Shown here: positions 54,298 through 64,000 of the stretch, one piece after another | Position numbering within the stretch: position 1 is the stretch's first letter | Layout of the letters: each line of letters opens with the position of its first letter | From: Candidatus Saccharimonadales bacterium | Lineage (GTDB): Bacteria; Acidobacteriota; Terriglobia; Acidiferrales; UBA7541 | Assembly (NCBI GenBank): GCA_035317965.1 | Contig: DATHFT010000197.1 | Location: forward strand, 12,731 to 76,730 | Direction of reading: 5' to 3' | Length of the DNA stretch: 64,000 nt | Notes under the pieces: generated by a model | Databases searched by the model: none | What the model was told of the DNA's origin: nothing | The model's input: the letters and a program-made list of their open reading frames with translations, nothing else | Made by a program: the position numbers and the translations under genes

Positions 54298-54759
54298 TTA
54301 CACGCGGCGGCGCTTCGGAGGACGGCAGCCGTTGTGCGGGATCGGCGTAACGTCGCGAATGACGACGATGTGCAGGCCAGCAGCAGCGAGCGCGCGGACG
54401 GCGGATTCACGGCCGGAGCCGGGACCCTGCACGCGAACTTCGACGCTCTTGACGCCGTACTGATCACGGGCCACGCCCGCGGCGGTCAGCGCGGCTTGCT
54501 GGGCGGCGTACGGAGTGCCCTTGCGCGAACCCTTGAAACCAACCGCACCGGCCGACGACCAGGTAATGACGCGGCCATCGGTGTCGGTGATGGTGATCTG
54601 CGTGTTGTTGAACGAAGCGGCGACGAACACGACGCCGTGCGGAACGATGCGGCGTTCGCGCTTCTTCTTGAATTCTTTTTTCCGCTTGGTAGCGGCTGCC
54701 GGTTTTCCACCTGCAGCGGATACGTCCGGCTTTTCAACTTGCTGCTGCTCTTTTGCCAC
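54298..54759 (-). CDS. rpsK: 30S ribosomal protein S11
   Basis: [18 protein letters not shown]...[14 protein letters not shown], with a Lys-rich N-terminal extension. Confidence 0.96.
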   Translation of the reverse strand: MAKEQQQVEKPDVSAAGGKPAAATKRKKEFKKKRERRIVPHGVVFVAASFNNTQITITDTDGRVITWSSAGAVGFKGSRKGTPYAAQQAALTAAGVARDQYGVKSVEVRVQGPGSGRESAVRALAAAGLHIVVIRDVTPIPHNGCRPPKRRRV

Positions 54760-54849
54760 GTGTTGCTCCGTTTCTGAATATAGCCAAAATCTTGAAACTT
54801 GCCTGGAAGCGGGGTACGAAGCATCGCGCCCCGCTTCCAGGCCACTGAC

Positions 54850-55239
54850 TTAGCCCTTCTTACCGGTGACTTTCTTCTTGGCTGCGACCGCGCCACGGCG
54901 CGGACCCTTGCGGGTGCGCGCGTTGGTGTGCGTGCGCTGACCGCGAACCGGCAAGTTGCGGCGATGACGAATTCCGCGATAGGCCTGGATTTCAATCAGG
55001 CGGCGAATGTTCATCTGGATCTCTTTGCGGAGATCGCCTTCAACGCGGCCTTCTTTTTCAATTTCCTGGCGCAGACGGTTGGTTTCGTCTTCGGTCAGAT
55101 CGCGAATTTTTTTCTTAAAATCGACGCCGGCTTTTTCAGCCAGCTTCTTCGCGCGTTCCTGGCCGATGCCATAGATGGCGGTGAGGCCCACCCAGAGGCG
55201 CTTTTGCGGCGGAAGATCTACACCTGCGATACGTGCCAT
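54850..55239 (-). CDS. rpsM: 30S ribosomal protein S13
   Basis: [26 protein letters not shown]. Confidence 0.97.
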   Translation of the reverse strand: MARIAGVDLPPQKRLWVGLTAIYGIGQERAKKLAEKAGVDFKKKIRDLTEDETNRLRQEIEKEGRVEGDLRKEIQMNIRRLIEIQAYRGIRHRRNLPVRGQRTHTNARTRKGPRRGAVAAKKKVTGKKG

Positions 55240-55297
55240 GACTTCTCCTGTGCTTCAGAACACTTTCACTACAAAAATCTTCTCGGCCTTGAAAAAA

Positions 55298-55411
55298 TTA
55301 TCCCTGGCGCTGCTTGTGCTTCGGGTTGGTGCAGATTACGCGCACTACGCCGCGGCGATGAATCACCTTGCACTTGTCACAAATCTTCTTTACCGACGCT
55401 CGAACTTTCAT
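55298..55411 (-). CDS. rpmJ: 50S ribosomal protein L36
   Basis: Not in the ORF track (37 aa). Hand translation of the minus strand gives [37 protein letters not shown], then TAA. It sits in the canonical position between infA and rpsM. Confidence 0.93.
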   Translation of the reverse strand: MKVRASVKKICDKCKVIHRRGVVRVICTNPKHKQRQG

Positions 55412-55449
55412 TGCTCTAGTCCCTCTGCGCTTTCGCAAGCGCGACTACC

Positions 55450-55713
55450 TTACTTGTAGCGATAAACGATCCGGCCTCGCGTTAAGTCGTAGGGAGAAAG
55501 TTCAACGGCAACTTTGTCGCCTGCGAGGATGCGGATGAAGTTTTTCCGCATTTTGCCGGAAACGTGCGCAAGAACCTTGTGCTTGTTTTCCAGCTCAACG
55601 CGGAACATCGCATTGGGCAACGGTTCGATAACCGTGGCCATTACTTCAATGGCGTCCTCCTTGGTGTTGCCAGAGTCGCCTTTCTTTTTGTCATCATCGA
55701 ACTGCTTTGCCAT
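55450..55713 (-). CDS. infA: Translation initiation factor IF-1
   Basis: S1-like core [60 protein letters not shown], with an acidic/Lys-rich N-terminal extension of about 15 aa. Confidence 0.95.
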   Translation of the reverse strand: MAKQFDDDKKKGDSGNTKEDAIEVMATVIEPLPNAMFRVELENKHKVLAHVSGKMRKNFIRILAGDKVAVELSPYDLTRGRIVYRYK

Positions 55714-55745
55714 AAGCTCCTGTGCTACCCCCGTCCTCTTTTATT

Positions 55746-56519
55746 CTACCAGGACGGTCCAGTCATCTCTTTCGGCCGCGTGAGAATCCACGGACCCTCG
55801 GCGGTGATCGCTACCGTATGTTCAAAGTGCGCCGAGGGGCTGCCGTCTGCTGTTTCCGCCACCCACTCACCGCGCATCCGAACTTCCGGGCCGCCCGCGT
55901 TTACCATCGGCTCGACTGCGATGACCATTCCTTCTTGCAGCCGTGCCCCGCGTCCTGCTTCCCCGTAGTTCGGGAGATTCGGCTCGTCATGCATCTTGGT
56001 GCCGATGCCATGCCCGACAAATTCCCGTACTACCGAGTAACCGTGTTGCTCCACCCAACTCTGCACCGCGTATCCGACATCGCCGAGGCGATTGCCCGGG
56101 CGCATTTTGTCGATCGCGCGGTCGAGCGATTCGCGGGTTACATCCAGCAGCTTCTGCAACTCCGGCGAAATTTTGCCGACCGGAACAGTAACCGCCGAAT
56201 CCGCATAGTATCCATCGAGTTCGATTCCGAAATCGATGGAAACCACTTCTCCTTCGCGCAACTTGCGTTTCTGCGAAGGAATCCCGTGAACGATCTCGCT
56301 GTTCACCGAAGTGCACAGCACGCAAGGGTAACCTTTGTAGCCCTTGAATGCCGCTTTGCCGGGCCGTCCCGCGATTTTTTCCTCGGCCAGCTTCTCGAGG
56401 TCCATCGTGGTGATGCCGGGCTCCACAGCCGCTCGCAGTGCCGTGAGAACTTCGTGCACTACGAGTCCCGAGCGGTGCATCTTTTGCAACTCTTCCGCGC
56501 TACGGAGATGAATCGCCAT
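55746..56519 (-). CDS. map: Type I methionine aminopeptidase
   Basis: MAIHLRSAEELQKMHRSG, FKGYKGYPCVLCTSVNSEIVHGIP, and HGIGTKMHDEP. The ATG at 56519 has GGAG 8 nt upstream. A GTG at 56528 overlapping the adk stop is the alternative. Confidence 0.92.
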   Translation of the reverse strand: MAIHLRSAEELQKMHRSGLVVHEVLTALRAAVEPGITTMDLEKLAEEKIAGRPGKAAFKGYKGYPCVLCTSVNSEIVHGIPSQKRKLREGEVVSIDFGIELDGYYADSAVTVPVGKISPELQKLLDVTRESLDRAIDKMRPGNRLGDVGYAVQSWVEQHGYSVVREFVGHGIGTKMHDEPNLPNYGEAGRGARLQEGMVIAVEPMVNAGGPEVRMRGEWVAETADGSPSAHFEHTVAITAEGPWILTRPKEMTGPSW

Positions 56520-56524
56520 CGGTA

Positions 56525-57226
56525 TCACTCCGCTCCGCGCACGATGTCCAGCACCCGCTGTGAAACTTCGCTAACACCTTTCGCCGCATCCACTTCGCGA
56601 AGACGTCCCAATCTTCTGAAATAAGCTGCCAGGGGCGCTGTCTGCTTCTCGTACGCCAGAAGCCTCGGTGCTACCACTTCTTCGCGATCATCCGGACGCT
56701 GTTCGAGTTCCCCTCCGTCACTATCGCAACGGTTCGGAACAATTGGCGGACGTTCGTATATATTGTAAATCTCGCCGCCAATCTTGCACATCCGCCGCCC
56801 GGTGATTCTGCGCATCAGCAGCGCAGGGTCAATCACGAAGTGCACAACCACCGGCTGCTTAAATCCATGCTGCTTGAGCAGTTCGCCGAGCCACTGAGCC
56901 TGCGTTACCGTGCGCGGAAAACCGTCAAAAACAAATCCGCCAGAACAATCCGGCTTTTCAATGCGGGCCGCCACCATTTTCAAGATGATGGAGTCCGGTA
57001 CGAGTTGCCCGGATTCCATCAAGGGCTTGGCCTGCACTCCGAGCGGCGTGCCTGCAGCGATATTTTCGCGCAGCATGTCGCCGGTTGAAAGATGCGGCAC
57101 ACAATACTTTTTGGCCAGCTCTTTGGCCTGCGTGCCTTTTCCGGCGCCCGGAGGCCCGAGAAAAACGACTGCGGCATTCAACTTCTCCCGGAGCCGCCCG
57201 TCCGGCGTAACTGCGCTCGTGTCCAT
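56525..57226 (-). CDS. adk: Adenylate kinase
   Basis: FLGPPGAGKGTQAKELAKKY and GFVFDGFPRTVTQA. The ATG overlaps the secY stop (TAATG). Confidence 0.95.
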   Translation of the reverse strand: MDTSAVTPDGRLREKLNAAVVFLGPPGAGKGTQAKELAKKYCVPHLSTGDMLRENIAAGTPLGVQAKPLMESGQLVPDSIILKMVAARIEKPDCSGGFVFDGFPRTVTQAQWLGELLKQHGFKQPVVVHFVIDPALLMRRITGRRMCKIGGEIYNIYERPPIVPNRCDSDGGELEQRPDDREEVVAPRLLAYEKQTAPLAAYFRRLGRLREVDAAKGVSEVSQRVLDIVRGAE

Positions 57227-58632
57227 TACCGGCGGCCACGCAACCGGCCCTTCCGAGCGAATCCTTCATAGTTGCGCATGACGAGCTGCGCTTCGAGTTG
57301 CTGTACGGTGTCCATCGCCACGCCTACCACGATCAGCAGCGAAGTGCCGCCAAAGTAAAACTGCACCCCCAGGCCCTTCAGGAACCACACGGGAAAATGG
57401 CGGTCAAACCAGCCGCCGATTCCCCAGGTTTGAATGTGATCGAGGTGGATACCGGCAATCATCCACTCGGGCAGCAAGCAAACCAAGGCCAGGTATACGG
57501 CGCCGATAAATGTGAGGCGTTTCAAAATCTTGCTCACATACTCCGACGTGTTGCGGCCAGGACGAATTCCGGGAATAAAGCCGCCGTTCTTGCGCATATT
57601 GTCGGCCAAGTCGGTCGGATTGAACACGATGCCGATGTAGAAGAACGCGAACACCAAAATCAGCGTAATGTACACGAGCGTATAGAGCGGTTCGCCCCAC
57701 TGCAGCTTGTCCTTGATCGTATCCACAAATGCGTACTTGTGGTTGAGGATCAGGGCAATCGTGGCCGGAAATGCCAGCAGCGAACTGGCAAAAATCGGCG
57801 GAATCACGCCGCTCGAATTGACGCGCAGCGGCAGGTAGGACGACTGGCCCCCCATGACCCGGCGGCCCACAACGCGCTTGGCGTATTGCACGGGAATACG
57901 GCGCTGGCCACCTTCGACAAAGACGATCAAGGCCACCACAGCAACCATCAATACGAGGAGCGCCAGGAGCACGATGGGCGTCAAGGCGCCCCACTGGCCG
58001 GATTTGGCCATTTCGTACAGATTCAGGATGGCATGGGGCAGGCCGACGACAATACCTACGAATATGATGAGCGACATGCCATTTCCGATTCCGCGTTCGC
58101 TGATCTGTTCGCCCAGCCACATGATAAAGGCCGAACCCGTGGTTAAGGTCAACACTGTCATTAAGATAAAGCCCATCCCGGGGTGATAGACCAGGGACTG
58201 CCCGCCGGTTGACTGGGCCTGCAGTGTGCCGGCAATCGAAAGCGACTGGATGACGCTCAATACGACCGTCAGGTAACGGGTGTACTGCGTAATCTTGCGG
58301 CGCCCGAGTTCGCCCTCTTTTTGCAGCTTTTCAAGATACGGGAACACCACCGTCATCAGCTGCAAGATGATGGACGAGGTGATGTACGGCATGATGCCGA
58401 GCGCGAAAATCGTCATCCGGCGGAAGTTGCCGCCACTGAAAAGATTGAAGATGCCGAGGACCGATCCTGCCGCCTGGTTGAACAACTGATCCAGCACCGC
58501 CGAGTTGATACCCGGGATGGGGATGTAGGCACCGATCCGGTAAACGGCCAGCAGGGCCAGCGTGAACAAGACGCGGTTCCGCAAGTCTTCGATGCGGAAC
58601 ATATTCTTCACGGCTTCTAGGAATCGTTTCAT
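57226..58632 (-). CDS. secY: Preprotein translocase subunit SecY
   Basis: Ten-TM protein. Contains IFALGIMPYITSSIILQL and FIMWLGEQISERGIGNG. Confidence 0.97.
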   Translation of the reverse strand: MKRFLEAVKNMFRIEDLRNRVLFTLALLAVYRIGAYIPIPGINSAVLDQLFNQAAGSVLGIFNLFSGGNFRRMTIFALGIMPYITSSIILQLMTVVFPYLEKLQKEGELGRRKITQYTRYLTVVLSVIQSLSIAGTLQAQSTGGQSLVYHPGMGFILMTVLTLTTGSAFIMWLGEQISERGIGNGMSLIIFVGIVVGLPHAILNLYEMAKSGQWGALTPIVLLALLVLMVAVVALIVFVEGGQRRIPVQYAKRVVGRRVMGGQSSYLPLRVNSSGVIPPIFASSLLAFPATIALILNHKYAFVDTIKDKLQWGEPLYTLVYITLILVFAFFYIGIVFNPTDLADNMRKNGGFIPGIRPGRNTSEYVSKILKRLTFIGAVYLALVCLLPEWMIAGIHLDHIQTWGIGGWFDRHFPVWFLKGLGVQFYFGGTSLLIVVGVAMDTVQQLEAQLVMRNYEGFARKGRLRGRR

Positions 58633-58681
58633 CGCTCGTCCTGAAATCTAATTCGGTAAAACGGATTCGCTTACGGCTACT

Positions 58682-59236
58682 TTAGCTCTGCAAAATTCGC
58701 TGTTGCTTGAGAATTTCAAACGAACCGCCCGCGGCCGTAATCTTTTCCTTGGCCGAGGCGCTGAACGCGTGAGCGTGAATGGCGATTTTTGCAGTCAATT
58801 CGCCATCACCGAGAACCTTGATCATGTCTTTCGCGCGACGAATAAAACCATGGGCGCGAAGAAGATCAGGGGTCACCGTTTCCCCAGCCGGAAATACATT
58901 GAGTTCTTCCAGATTGATGACCGAATAGGTGACACCAAACGGATTGTGAAAGCCGCGCTTCGGCATGCGACGGTGCAGCGGCATCTGGCCGCCTTCAAAT
59001 CCACGACGGCGCGAATAACCGCGGCGGGACTTTTGTCCTTTGTTGCCGGCGCCGGAAGTTTTGCCGAGTTTTGAGCCGATGCCGCGGCCGACGCGAACTT
59101 TCTTGATGCGCGAACCGGCGGGCGGCTGCAAATTCGAGAGTGTGTAGACGCGCGGAGCGCCTTTCACCGGACGTGCCGGCTTATGCTGCCCGCGCTTGCG
59201 TGATGCTCTGGGACCACTCGAAGATTTCTTGGCCAT
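58682..59236 (-). CDS. rplO: 50S ribosomal protein L15
   Basis: [24 protein letters not shown] core, with an extra basic N-terminal segment of about 30 aa. Confidence 0.95.
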   Translation of the reverse strand: MAKKSSSGPRASRKRGQHKPARPVKGAPRVYTLSNLQPPAGSRIKKVRVGRGIGSKLGKTSGAGNKGQKSRRGYSRRRGFEGGQMPLHRRMPKRGFHNPFGVTYSVINLEELNVFPAGETVTPDLLRAHGFIRRAKDMIKVLGDGELTAKIAIHAHAFSASAKEKITAAGGSFEILKQQRILQS

Positions 59237-59241
59237 TTGGC

Positions 59242-59481
59242 TTATCCCACCACTTCCACGAGGTGACGCACCTTATGAATCATGCCGCGAGTTTCCGGCG
59301 TGTCCTGGCGCTCCACCACCTGATGCATTCTTCGCAGCCCAAGGCCGCGGATCGTCTGCCGCATATCATCGGTGCAGCCGATAAAACTGACTACCCACTT
59401 CACTTTTACGGTGCCGCCCGCCTTCTTCACCAGTTTCTGGTTGCCGGCGTTCAGCTCCTTCGTTTTTTTCGAAGCTGGCAT
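59242..59481 (-). CDS. rpmD: 50S ribosomal protein L30
   Basis: [32 protein letters not shown] core, in the canonical position between rpsE and rplO. Confidence 0.93.
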   Translation of the reverse strand: MPASKKTKELNAGNQKLVKKAGGTVKVKWVVSFIGCTDDMRQTIRGLGLRRMHQVVERQDTPETRGMIHKVRHLVEVVG

Positions 59482-60047
59482 TAGTTGCTCTCAGTCGCGG
59501 ACTTGGACTGCCGCCCGCTGATTTCATCTACGGTCTTGGACCGGATTTCGGCGATATGGGCCGCATCCTTGAGGCTCAAGAGCGCCGCAAACGTGGCCTT
59601 GATCACGTTATGCGGATTGGAAGTTCCGAGCGACTTCGTCAGCACATTGTGAATTCCGGCGACTTGCATGACCTTGCGAACCGGACCGCCGGCGATGACG
59701 CCGGTGCCTTCAGAAGCGGGCTTCAGTAAAACCTCCGCCGAACCGTACCGCCCCAGGACCTGGTGCGGAATCGTGGTGCCTTTCAGGTTCAACTTGATCA
59801 AATTCTTTTTGGCCTGCTCGATGCCTTTCTTGATGGCCATCGGTACTTCACGCGCCTTGCCCATCCCGAATCCGGCGTGGCCGTGGTTGTCGCCAACCAC
59901 GACGAGCGCGGAAAAACTCATGTTTTTACCGCCCTTAACTACTTTCGTGACGCGGTTGATGGCAATGACATCGTCTTTCAAATCTGAAAGATTTACGTCT
60001 AGAATCCGGCGAACGGCTAAACTTTCCCGCAAAATTTGCTTCGACAT
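59481..60047 (-). CDS. rpsE: 30S ribosomal protein S5
   Basis: [24 protein letters not shown]. The ATG at 60047 is chosen because the track start at 60083 would overlap rplR. Confidence 0.95.
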   Translation of the reverse strand: MSKQILRESLAVRRILDVNLSDLKDDVIAINRVTKVVKGGKNMSFSALVVVGDNHGHAGFGMGKAREVPMAIKKGIEQAKKNLIKLNLKGTTIPHQVLGRYGSAEVLLKPASEGTGVIAGGPVRKVMQVAGIHNVLTKSLGTSNPHNVIKATFAALLSLKDAAHIAEIRSKTVDEISGRQSKSATESN

Positions 60048-60051
60048 AGGC

Positions 60052-60432
60052 TTAGAACTGTAACCCCGCTTCCCGCGCCGCATCTGCGAGCGCCTTAACG
60101 CGGCCGTGGTACTTGTATCCGCCGCGGTCGAACACTACTTTGGAAACTCCGGCAGCTTTGGCGCGCTCGGCAACGGTCTTGCCAATGACTTTTGCCGCCG
60201 CAATATTTCCGCCGCCCTTTAGACCTTTTTTCGATTCCCCGTCAACCGAGCTGGCCGAAACCAAAGTCTTTCCGGACAGATCGTCGATGAGTTGCACATA
60301 AATATGGGCGGTCGAACGGTAAACACAAAGACGTGGCCGTTCGCTGGTGCCTTCAATCTTCACGCGCACGCGCTGGTGAATGCGCTTGCGATGCGCATCC
60401 TTCGATATTCTTCTCACTCTTGCCAGTGCCAC
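60052..60432 (-). CDS. rplR: 50S ribosomal protein L18
   Basis: [20 protein letters not shown]...[26 protein letters not shown]. Confidence 0.97.
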   Translation of the reverse strand: MALARVRRISKDAHRKRIHQRVRVKIEGTSERPRLCVYRSTAHIYVQLIDDLSGKTLVSASSVDGESKKGLKGGGNIAAAKVIGKTVAERAKAAGVSKVVFDRGGYKYHGRVKALADAAREAGLQF

Positions 60433-60482
60433 TGTATTCTCCTCAAACCTTTGCTAGGGGCCGCGAACCGGCGGCCGGAATT

Positions 60483-61028
60483 TTATGCTCCGCCGGCCTT
60501 TGCGCCTGCCTTGCCAGCCTTTTTCTTCAAACGCTCACCGGTGATGCGAACACCTTTTTGCTTGTAGGGATCTGGTGGACGCAAGGCGCGCATATCCGCA
60601 GCGACCTGGCCGACCTGGCCCTTGTCTGCGCCGCTGACGACGATGTGCGTCTGCTTTTCGACCAGGACCTGAATCCCTTCCGGAATCGGAAACTCAATGG
60701 GGTGCGACTTGCCGAGCGCGAAGGCGACAAATTTGCCTTTGAGTTCGGCGCGGTAGCCGACGCCAACGATATCCAGATCTTTTTTGAATCCGGTGGTGAC
60801 GCCGGTAACGGCGTTGGCCACCAGCGCCCTGGCCAGACCGTGCACGGCGCGTTGTTCTTCCGACTGGCGAACCGCGGTCAAAATGCCGTCTTTCTGCTCG
60901 AACGTAATACCGCCCGGAATCGCAAAAGACAGTTTGCCCTTGGGGCCGTGCACATCAATCCTTCCGCCCTGCGCGTTAACCTTCACGCCGGAAGGAAGTG
61001 GAATTGGTTTGCGTCCAATACGTGACAT
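60483..61028 (-). CDS. rplF: 50S ribosomal protein L6
   Basis: [17 protein letters not shown]...[11 protein letters not shown]. Confidence 0.97.
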   Translation of the reverse strand: MSRIGRKPIPLPSGVKVNAQGGRIDVHGPKGKLSFAIPGGITFEQKDGILTAVRQSEEQRAVHGLARALVANAVTGVTTGFKKDLDIVGVGYRAELKGKFVAFALGKSHPIEFPIPEGIQVLVEKQTHIVVSGADKGQVGQVAADMRALRPPDPYKQKGVRITGERLKKKAGKAGAKAGGA

Positions 61029-61072
61029 CGTTTCAGTCCTTAACCCAAATTCGATTCTTGCAGCCTAATTCG

Positions 61073-61471
61073 TTACCAAACTTCGCAAAGCAGTTCGCCG
61101 CCGATGTTGGCCTTGCGCGCCGCGCGGCCGCTCATCAGGCCCTTCGGCGTGGTCATGATGCTGATGCCCAGTCCGCCGACAACCGGACGAATGTCCGTGA
61201 CGCCGAGATAGTGACGCTGTCCCGGGCGCGAAATACGCTTGATACCGGTGATGACGCTGCGACGGTCCGGTGTGTACTTCAGGAAAACACGCAGCATCTT
61301 GCGGGTCTTGTTTTCATCGACCAGCTTATAGGTCGAGATATAACCCTCGTCCTTGAGGATGCGCGCAATTTCCGTCTTAAGCTTCGAGACGGGAACGTCA
61401 ACGCGCTGGTGCTTGGCAGCCGAAGCGTTACGGATGCGTGTGAGAAAATCGGCGATGGGATCTGTCTGCAT
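61073..61471 (-). CDS. rpsH: 30S ribosomal protein S8
   Basis: MQTDPIADFLTRIRNASAAKH. Confidence 0.97.
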   Translation of the reverse strand: MQTDPIADFLTRIRNASAAKHQRVDVPVSKLKTEIARILKDEGYISTYKLVDENKTRKMLRVFLKYTPDRRSVITGIKRISRPGQRHYLGVTDIRPVVGGLGISIMTTPKGLMSGRAARKANIGGELLCEVW

Positions 61472-61489
61472 ATTTTTTCCTAAGTGCTC

Positions 61490-61675
61490 CTACCAGCTCG
61501 CTTTCGTTACGCCGGGGATTTCACCCTTCAGCGCCATACCGCGGAAACAAATTCTGCACATCTGAAACTTGCGAATGTAGGCGCGCGCGCGGCCGCAGCA
61601 ACGGCAGCGATTGCGCACGCGAACCTTGAACTTGGGCTTCTTGTGAGTCTTGGCAATTTTTGCGAGACGTGCCAT
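61490..61675 (-). CDS. rpsN: 30S ribosomal protein S14, type Z (zinc form)
   Basis: A 61-aa short form with CRCCG...CRIC and the C-terminal GVTKASW. Confidence 0.95.
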   Translation of the reverse strand: MARLAKIAKTHKKPKFKVRVRNRCRCCGRARAYIRKFQMCRICFRGMALKGEIPGVTKASW

Positions 61676-62233
61676 TTATTGAACGCTCCCTTTTTCGCGA
61701 AGAGGAAAACCGAGTCCTTTGAGCAGCTCGCGGCCCTGCTCATCGTTGCTGGCGGAGGTCGTGAGGGTGATGTTCATGCCCTTGATCTTATCGACGCGGG
61801 TGTAGTCGATTTCCGGAAACACCAGCTGGTCCTTGAGGCCCAGTGTGTAGTTGCCGCGGCCGTCGAACGCGTTCGGCGGCAATCCGCGGAAGTCGCGGAC
61901 GCGGGGCAGAACGACGTTGCAAAGACGGTCGAGAAACTCATACATCTTGTCGCCCCGCAAAGTAACCGCGCAGCCGATGGGCATGCCCTTGCGGATCTTG
62001 AAGTTCGCGATGGACTTCTTCGCCTTCGTGATCATGGCTTTTTGCCCGGTGATCTGGCCGAGTTCCTGGGCAGCAGTGTCCAGCAACTTGGCGTTCTGGC
62101 TGGCTTCGCCGAGGCCAATGTTGACCGTGATTTTCTGCAGCTTGGGCACGGCCATCTGGTTCTTCCACTCAAAGCGCTTCATCAGCGCCGGAATCGTTTC
62201 GCTTCTGTATTTTTCCTGCAATCTGCTCTTCAT
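61676..62233 (-). CDS. rplE: 50S ribosomal protein L5
   Basis: [21 protein letters not shown]...[28 protein letters not shown]. Confidence 0.97.
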   Translation of the reverse strand: MKSRLQEKYRSETIPALMKRFEWKNQMAVPKLQKITVNIGLGEASQNAKLLDTAAQELGQITGQKAMITKAKKSIANFKIRKGMPIGCAVTLRGDKMYEFLDRLCNVVLPRVRDFRGLPPNAFDGRGNYTLGLKDQLVFPEIDYTRVDKIKGMNITLTTSASNDEQGRELLKGLGFPLREKGSVQ

Positions 62234-62290
62234 TGCGATCCTTCTTGGTATAGGACCAAAAACGGCGGTCCAATTTCCGTCCGAAACCTG

Positions 62291-62644
62291 TTACTTATCC
62301 AGCGCTTCGCTACAGTGCTTGCAGCTGCGGGTTTTGCTGCCATCAGAATGAATCGTGTGTCCGATGCGGGTGGCCTTGCCGCAGCTGGCGCAAATGACCA
62401 TCACATTGGAAACGTTGATCGACGCTTCTTTTTCAACAATTCCGCCCTTGATGTTCTTTTGCGGATTCGGACGCGTGTGCCGCTTGACGATGGCGACGTG
62501 TTCGACCACCACGCGATTTTTCTTCGCGTCGATGGACAGAATGCGCCCGCTCTTGCCCGCATCTTTTCCCGCGAGCACTCGTACGTTGTCACCCTTGCGG
62601 ATGCCAATGGTGTGACGCTCAGCTCTTTCGTGTCTCAGTGTCAT
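62291..62644 (-). CDS. rplX: 50S ribosomal protein L24 (four-Cys form)
   Basis: KOW motif IRKGDNVRVLAGKDAGKSG, plus the C-terminal CASCGKATR...CKHC. Confidence 0.95.
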   Translation of the reverse strand: MTLRHERAERHTIGIRKGDNVRVLAGKDAGKSGRILSIDAKKNRVVVEHVAIVKRHTRPNPQKNIKGGIVEKEASINVSNVMVICASCGKATRIGHTIHSDGSKTRSCKHCSEALDK

Positions 62645-62647
62645 GTC

Positions 62648-63016
62648 CTACCAAACCTCCGGAGCCAGCGAAACGATCTTGGTATATTTGCGATCGCGCA
62701 ACTCCCTCGCCACCGGGCCGAAGACACGGGTCCCGACGGGTTCTCCTGCATCGTTAATCAAAACGGCAGCGTTGTCGTCAAACCGGATGTAGGTGCCATC
62801 CTTGCGCCGCGCTTCTTTCCGCATGCGCACGATCACCGCTTTCACGACGGTTCCTTGTTTCACTTGGCTTTCCGGTGTCGCTTCCTTCACCGACGCGGTG
62901 ATGACATCGCCCAAGCCGGCTTTAAGTCCAACGTCGCCGCCTACCGGCAAAATGCACATCAGCTTCCGCGCGCCGGAATTGTCGGCCACCGTCAGCCAGG
63001 TTCGCATCATGATCAT
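62648..63016 (-). CDS. rplN: 50S ribosomal protein L14
   Basis: [15 protein letters not shown]...[10 protein letters not shown]. Confidence 0.97.
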   Translation of the reverse strand: MIMMRTWLTVADNSGARKLMCILPVGGDVGLKAGLGDVITASVKEATPESQVKQGTVVKAVIVRMRKEARRKDGTYIRFDDNAAVLINDAGEPVGTRVFGPVARELRDRKYTKIVSLAPEVW

Positions 63017-63037
63017 TGGTCTGCTCCCCTGTCCTTC

Positions 63038-63331
63038 TTACTCAGCTGACGCGTTCCGCGTCAGGACTTCTTTAAGCCGCCAGCGCTTCAATTTCGAAAG
63101 CGGCCGTGTGGATACAATGCGCACCGTGTCGCCGAGCTTTGCCTGGCTGGTTTCATCATGTGCGTAAAACTTTTTCGAGATCCTGACGACGCGGCGGTAC
63201 TTGGGATGCTGCACGAGCCGCTGAACTTCAACGACAATCGTCTTGGCCATCTTCGCGCTGGTGACTTTGCCGGTGAGGATGGTGCGCTCGCCGCGCTCTG
63301 CTGCCGGAGCGGATTGTGTTTCGGTTGCCAT
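63038..63331 (-). CDS. rpsQ: 30S ribosomal protein S17
   Basis: LTGKVTSAKMAKTIVVEVQRLVQHPKYRRVVRISKKFYAHDE. Confidence 0.96.
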   Translation of the reverse strand: MATETQSAPAAERGERTILTGKVTSAKMAKTIVVEVQRLVQHPKYRRVVRISKKFYAHDETSQAKLGDTVRIVSTRPLSKLKRWRLKEVLTRNASAE

Positions 63332-63594
63332 TACGCTTTACCTGCCTTCAAGGACCGCGATGCGGCCGATGTTTTCTGGGTCTTGGGAACGGACTCCAGT
63401 TCCTGTGCGCGGATCAGTGTCTTCACGCGCGCCAAATCCTTTTTTGACTCCCGCAGGCGCTTCAGTGCTTCGGCCTGGCCGGTGGACAGCTGGAAGCGCA
63501 AACGGAAAATCTGCTCCGTCAATTCCTTGTGCTGCGCCTGCAACTCGTCCTTGCCTGCTTCGCGAATCTTGTCAATGCGCCGCGTCATGATCAA
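63331..63594 (-). CDS. rpmC: 50S ribosomal protein L29
   Basis: [24 protein letters not shown] core with a C-terminal tail of about 20 aa. The start overlaps the rplP stop. Confidence 0.92.
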   Translation of the reverse strand: MIMTRRIDKIREAGKDELQAQHKELTEQIFRLRFQLSTGQAEALKRLRESKKDLARVKTLIRAQELESVPKTQKTSAASRSLKAGKA

Positions 63595-64000
63595 AACCCT
63601 CCATCGCGGGTAACGAATTTTGTGGGGATCGGCAGCTTCTGCGCGGCGCTCAACATGGCTTGTTTGGCCGTGGCCAAGTCAACTCCCGCCATTTCAAACA
63701 TTACGCGTCCCGGCTTTACAACGGCAACCCACTTTTCCGGAGCGCCTTTGCCCTTACCCATGCGGGTTTCCGCCGGCTTCTTGGTGTACGGCTTGTCCGG
63801 GAAAATCCGGATCCACAGCTTTCCGCCGCGCTTGATGAAGCGAGAAATCGCCACACGCGAAGCTTCAATTTGGCGGTCCGTGATCCAGGCGCATTCAAGA
63901 GCCTTGAGTCCGTATTCACCGAACGAGACTTCGCTCCCGCGCCACGCTTTGCCGCGGCGGCGTCCGCGCATCTGCTTTCTGTACTTCACCTTCTTGGGCA
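63591..64000 (-). CDS. rplP: 50S ribosomal protein L16 (start codon just outside the window)
   Basis: [30 protein letters not shown]. The frame stays open to base 64000, reading ..PKKVKYRK, so the ATG should begin at about 64001-64003. Confidence 0.93.
   Translation of the reverse strand, partial: PKKVKYRKQMRGRRRGKAWRGSEVSFGEYGLKALECAWITDRQIEASRVAISRFIKRGGKLWIRIFPDKPYTKKPAETRMGKGKGAPEKWVAVVKPGRVMFEMAGVDLATAKQAMLSAAQKLPIPTKFVTRDGGF

Noticed and set aside
61484-63049. A 521-aa plus-strand ORF running across six ribosomal protein genes.
   Set aside because: It spans several independent, strongly conserved minus-strand genes and their spacers. It has no recognisable domains and is an artefact of codon bias.

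Overview
This is a 64-kb chromosomal window at high coding density. It holds about 60 protein genes and no rRNA, canonical tRNA, CRISPR array, transposase or integrase. Gene families such as a BlaR1-M56/TIGR03435-like fusion suggest an Acidobacteriota-type genome, but this is inference only.

Layout:
- 1-8.5 kb: accessory genes. These are an M56 sensor peptidase, DUF1761, an Old Yellow Enzyme, DUF5996, a Rieske oxygenase, and a 946-aa polytopic membrane protein with split alpha/beta-hydrolase motifs.
- 8.6-17.2 kb: purU, then the conserved tig-clpP-clpX-lon-rho block.
- 17.4-42.0 kb, all on the minus strand: rsr (Ro60/TROVE-vWA) preceded by an 835-nt gene-free structured tract. Then a secreted MBL hydrolase, an orphan ExbB/MotA-like channel, DUF885, cmk, fabI, mutL, aspS, hisS, a gamma-CA-like protein, a low-GC RDD gene, mrp, secA, and two tandem paralogous 933/1004-aa Gly-rich/HEAT-like/PilZ proteins.
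- 42.3-51.3 kb: a small membrane protein, a BON lipoprotein, a Tat-signal M24 peptidase, a YheT-type hydrolase, a SnoaL-like protein, guaB, VanZ and an aldo/keto reductase, with two probable gene remnants (SDR and PIN).
- 51.8-64.0 kb, minus strand: end of the S10 operon plus the spc and alpha ribosomal operons (rplP to rplQ), including an unlisted rpmJ.

Most interesting:
1. A circularly permuted tRNA-like element just upstream of rsr. It fits the YrlA class of bacterial Y RNAs and sits in a longer tract with repeated motifs that may hold further RNA modules.
2. The tandem pair of giant PilZ-ended proteins with differently expanded Gly-rich linkers.
3. The membrane protein whose alpha/beta-hydrolase motifs are separated by about 12-14 transmembrane helices.

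All calls come from reading the sequence and the ORF track. No searches were run.
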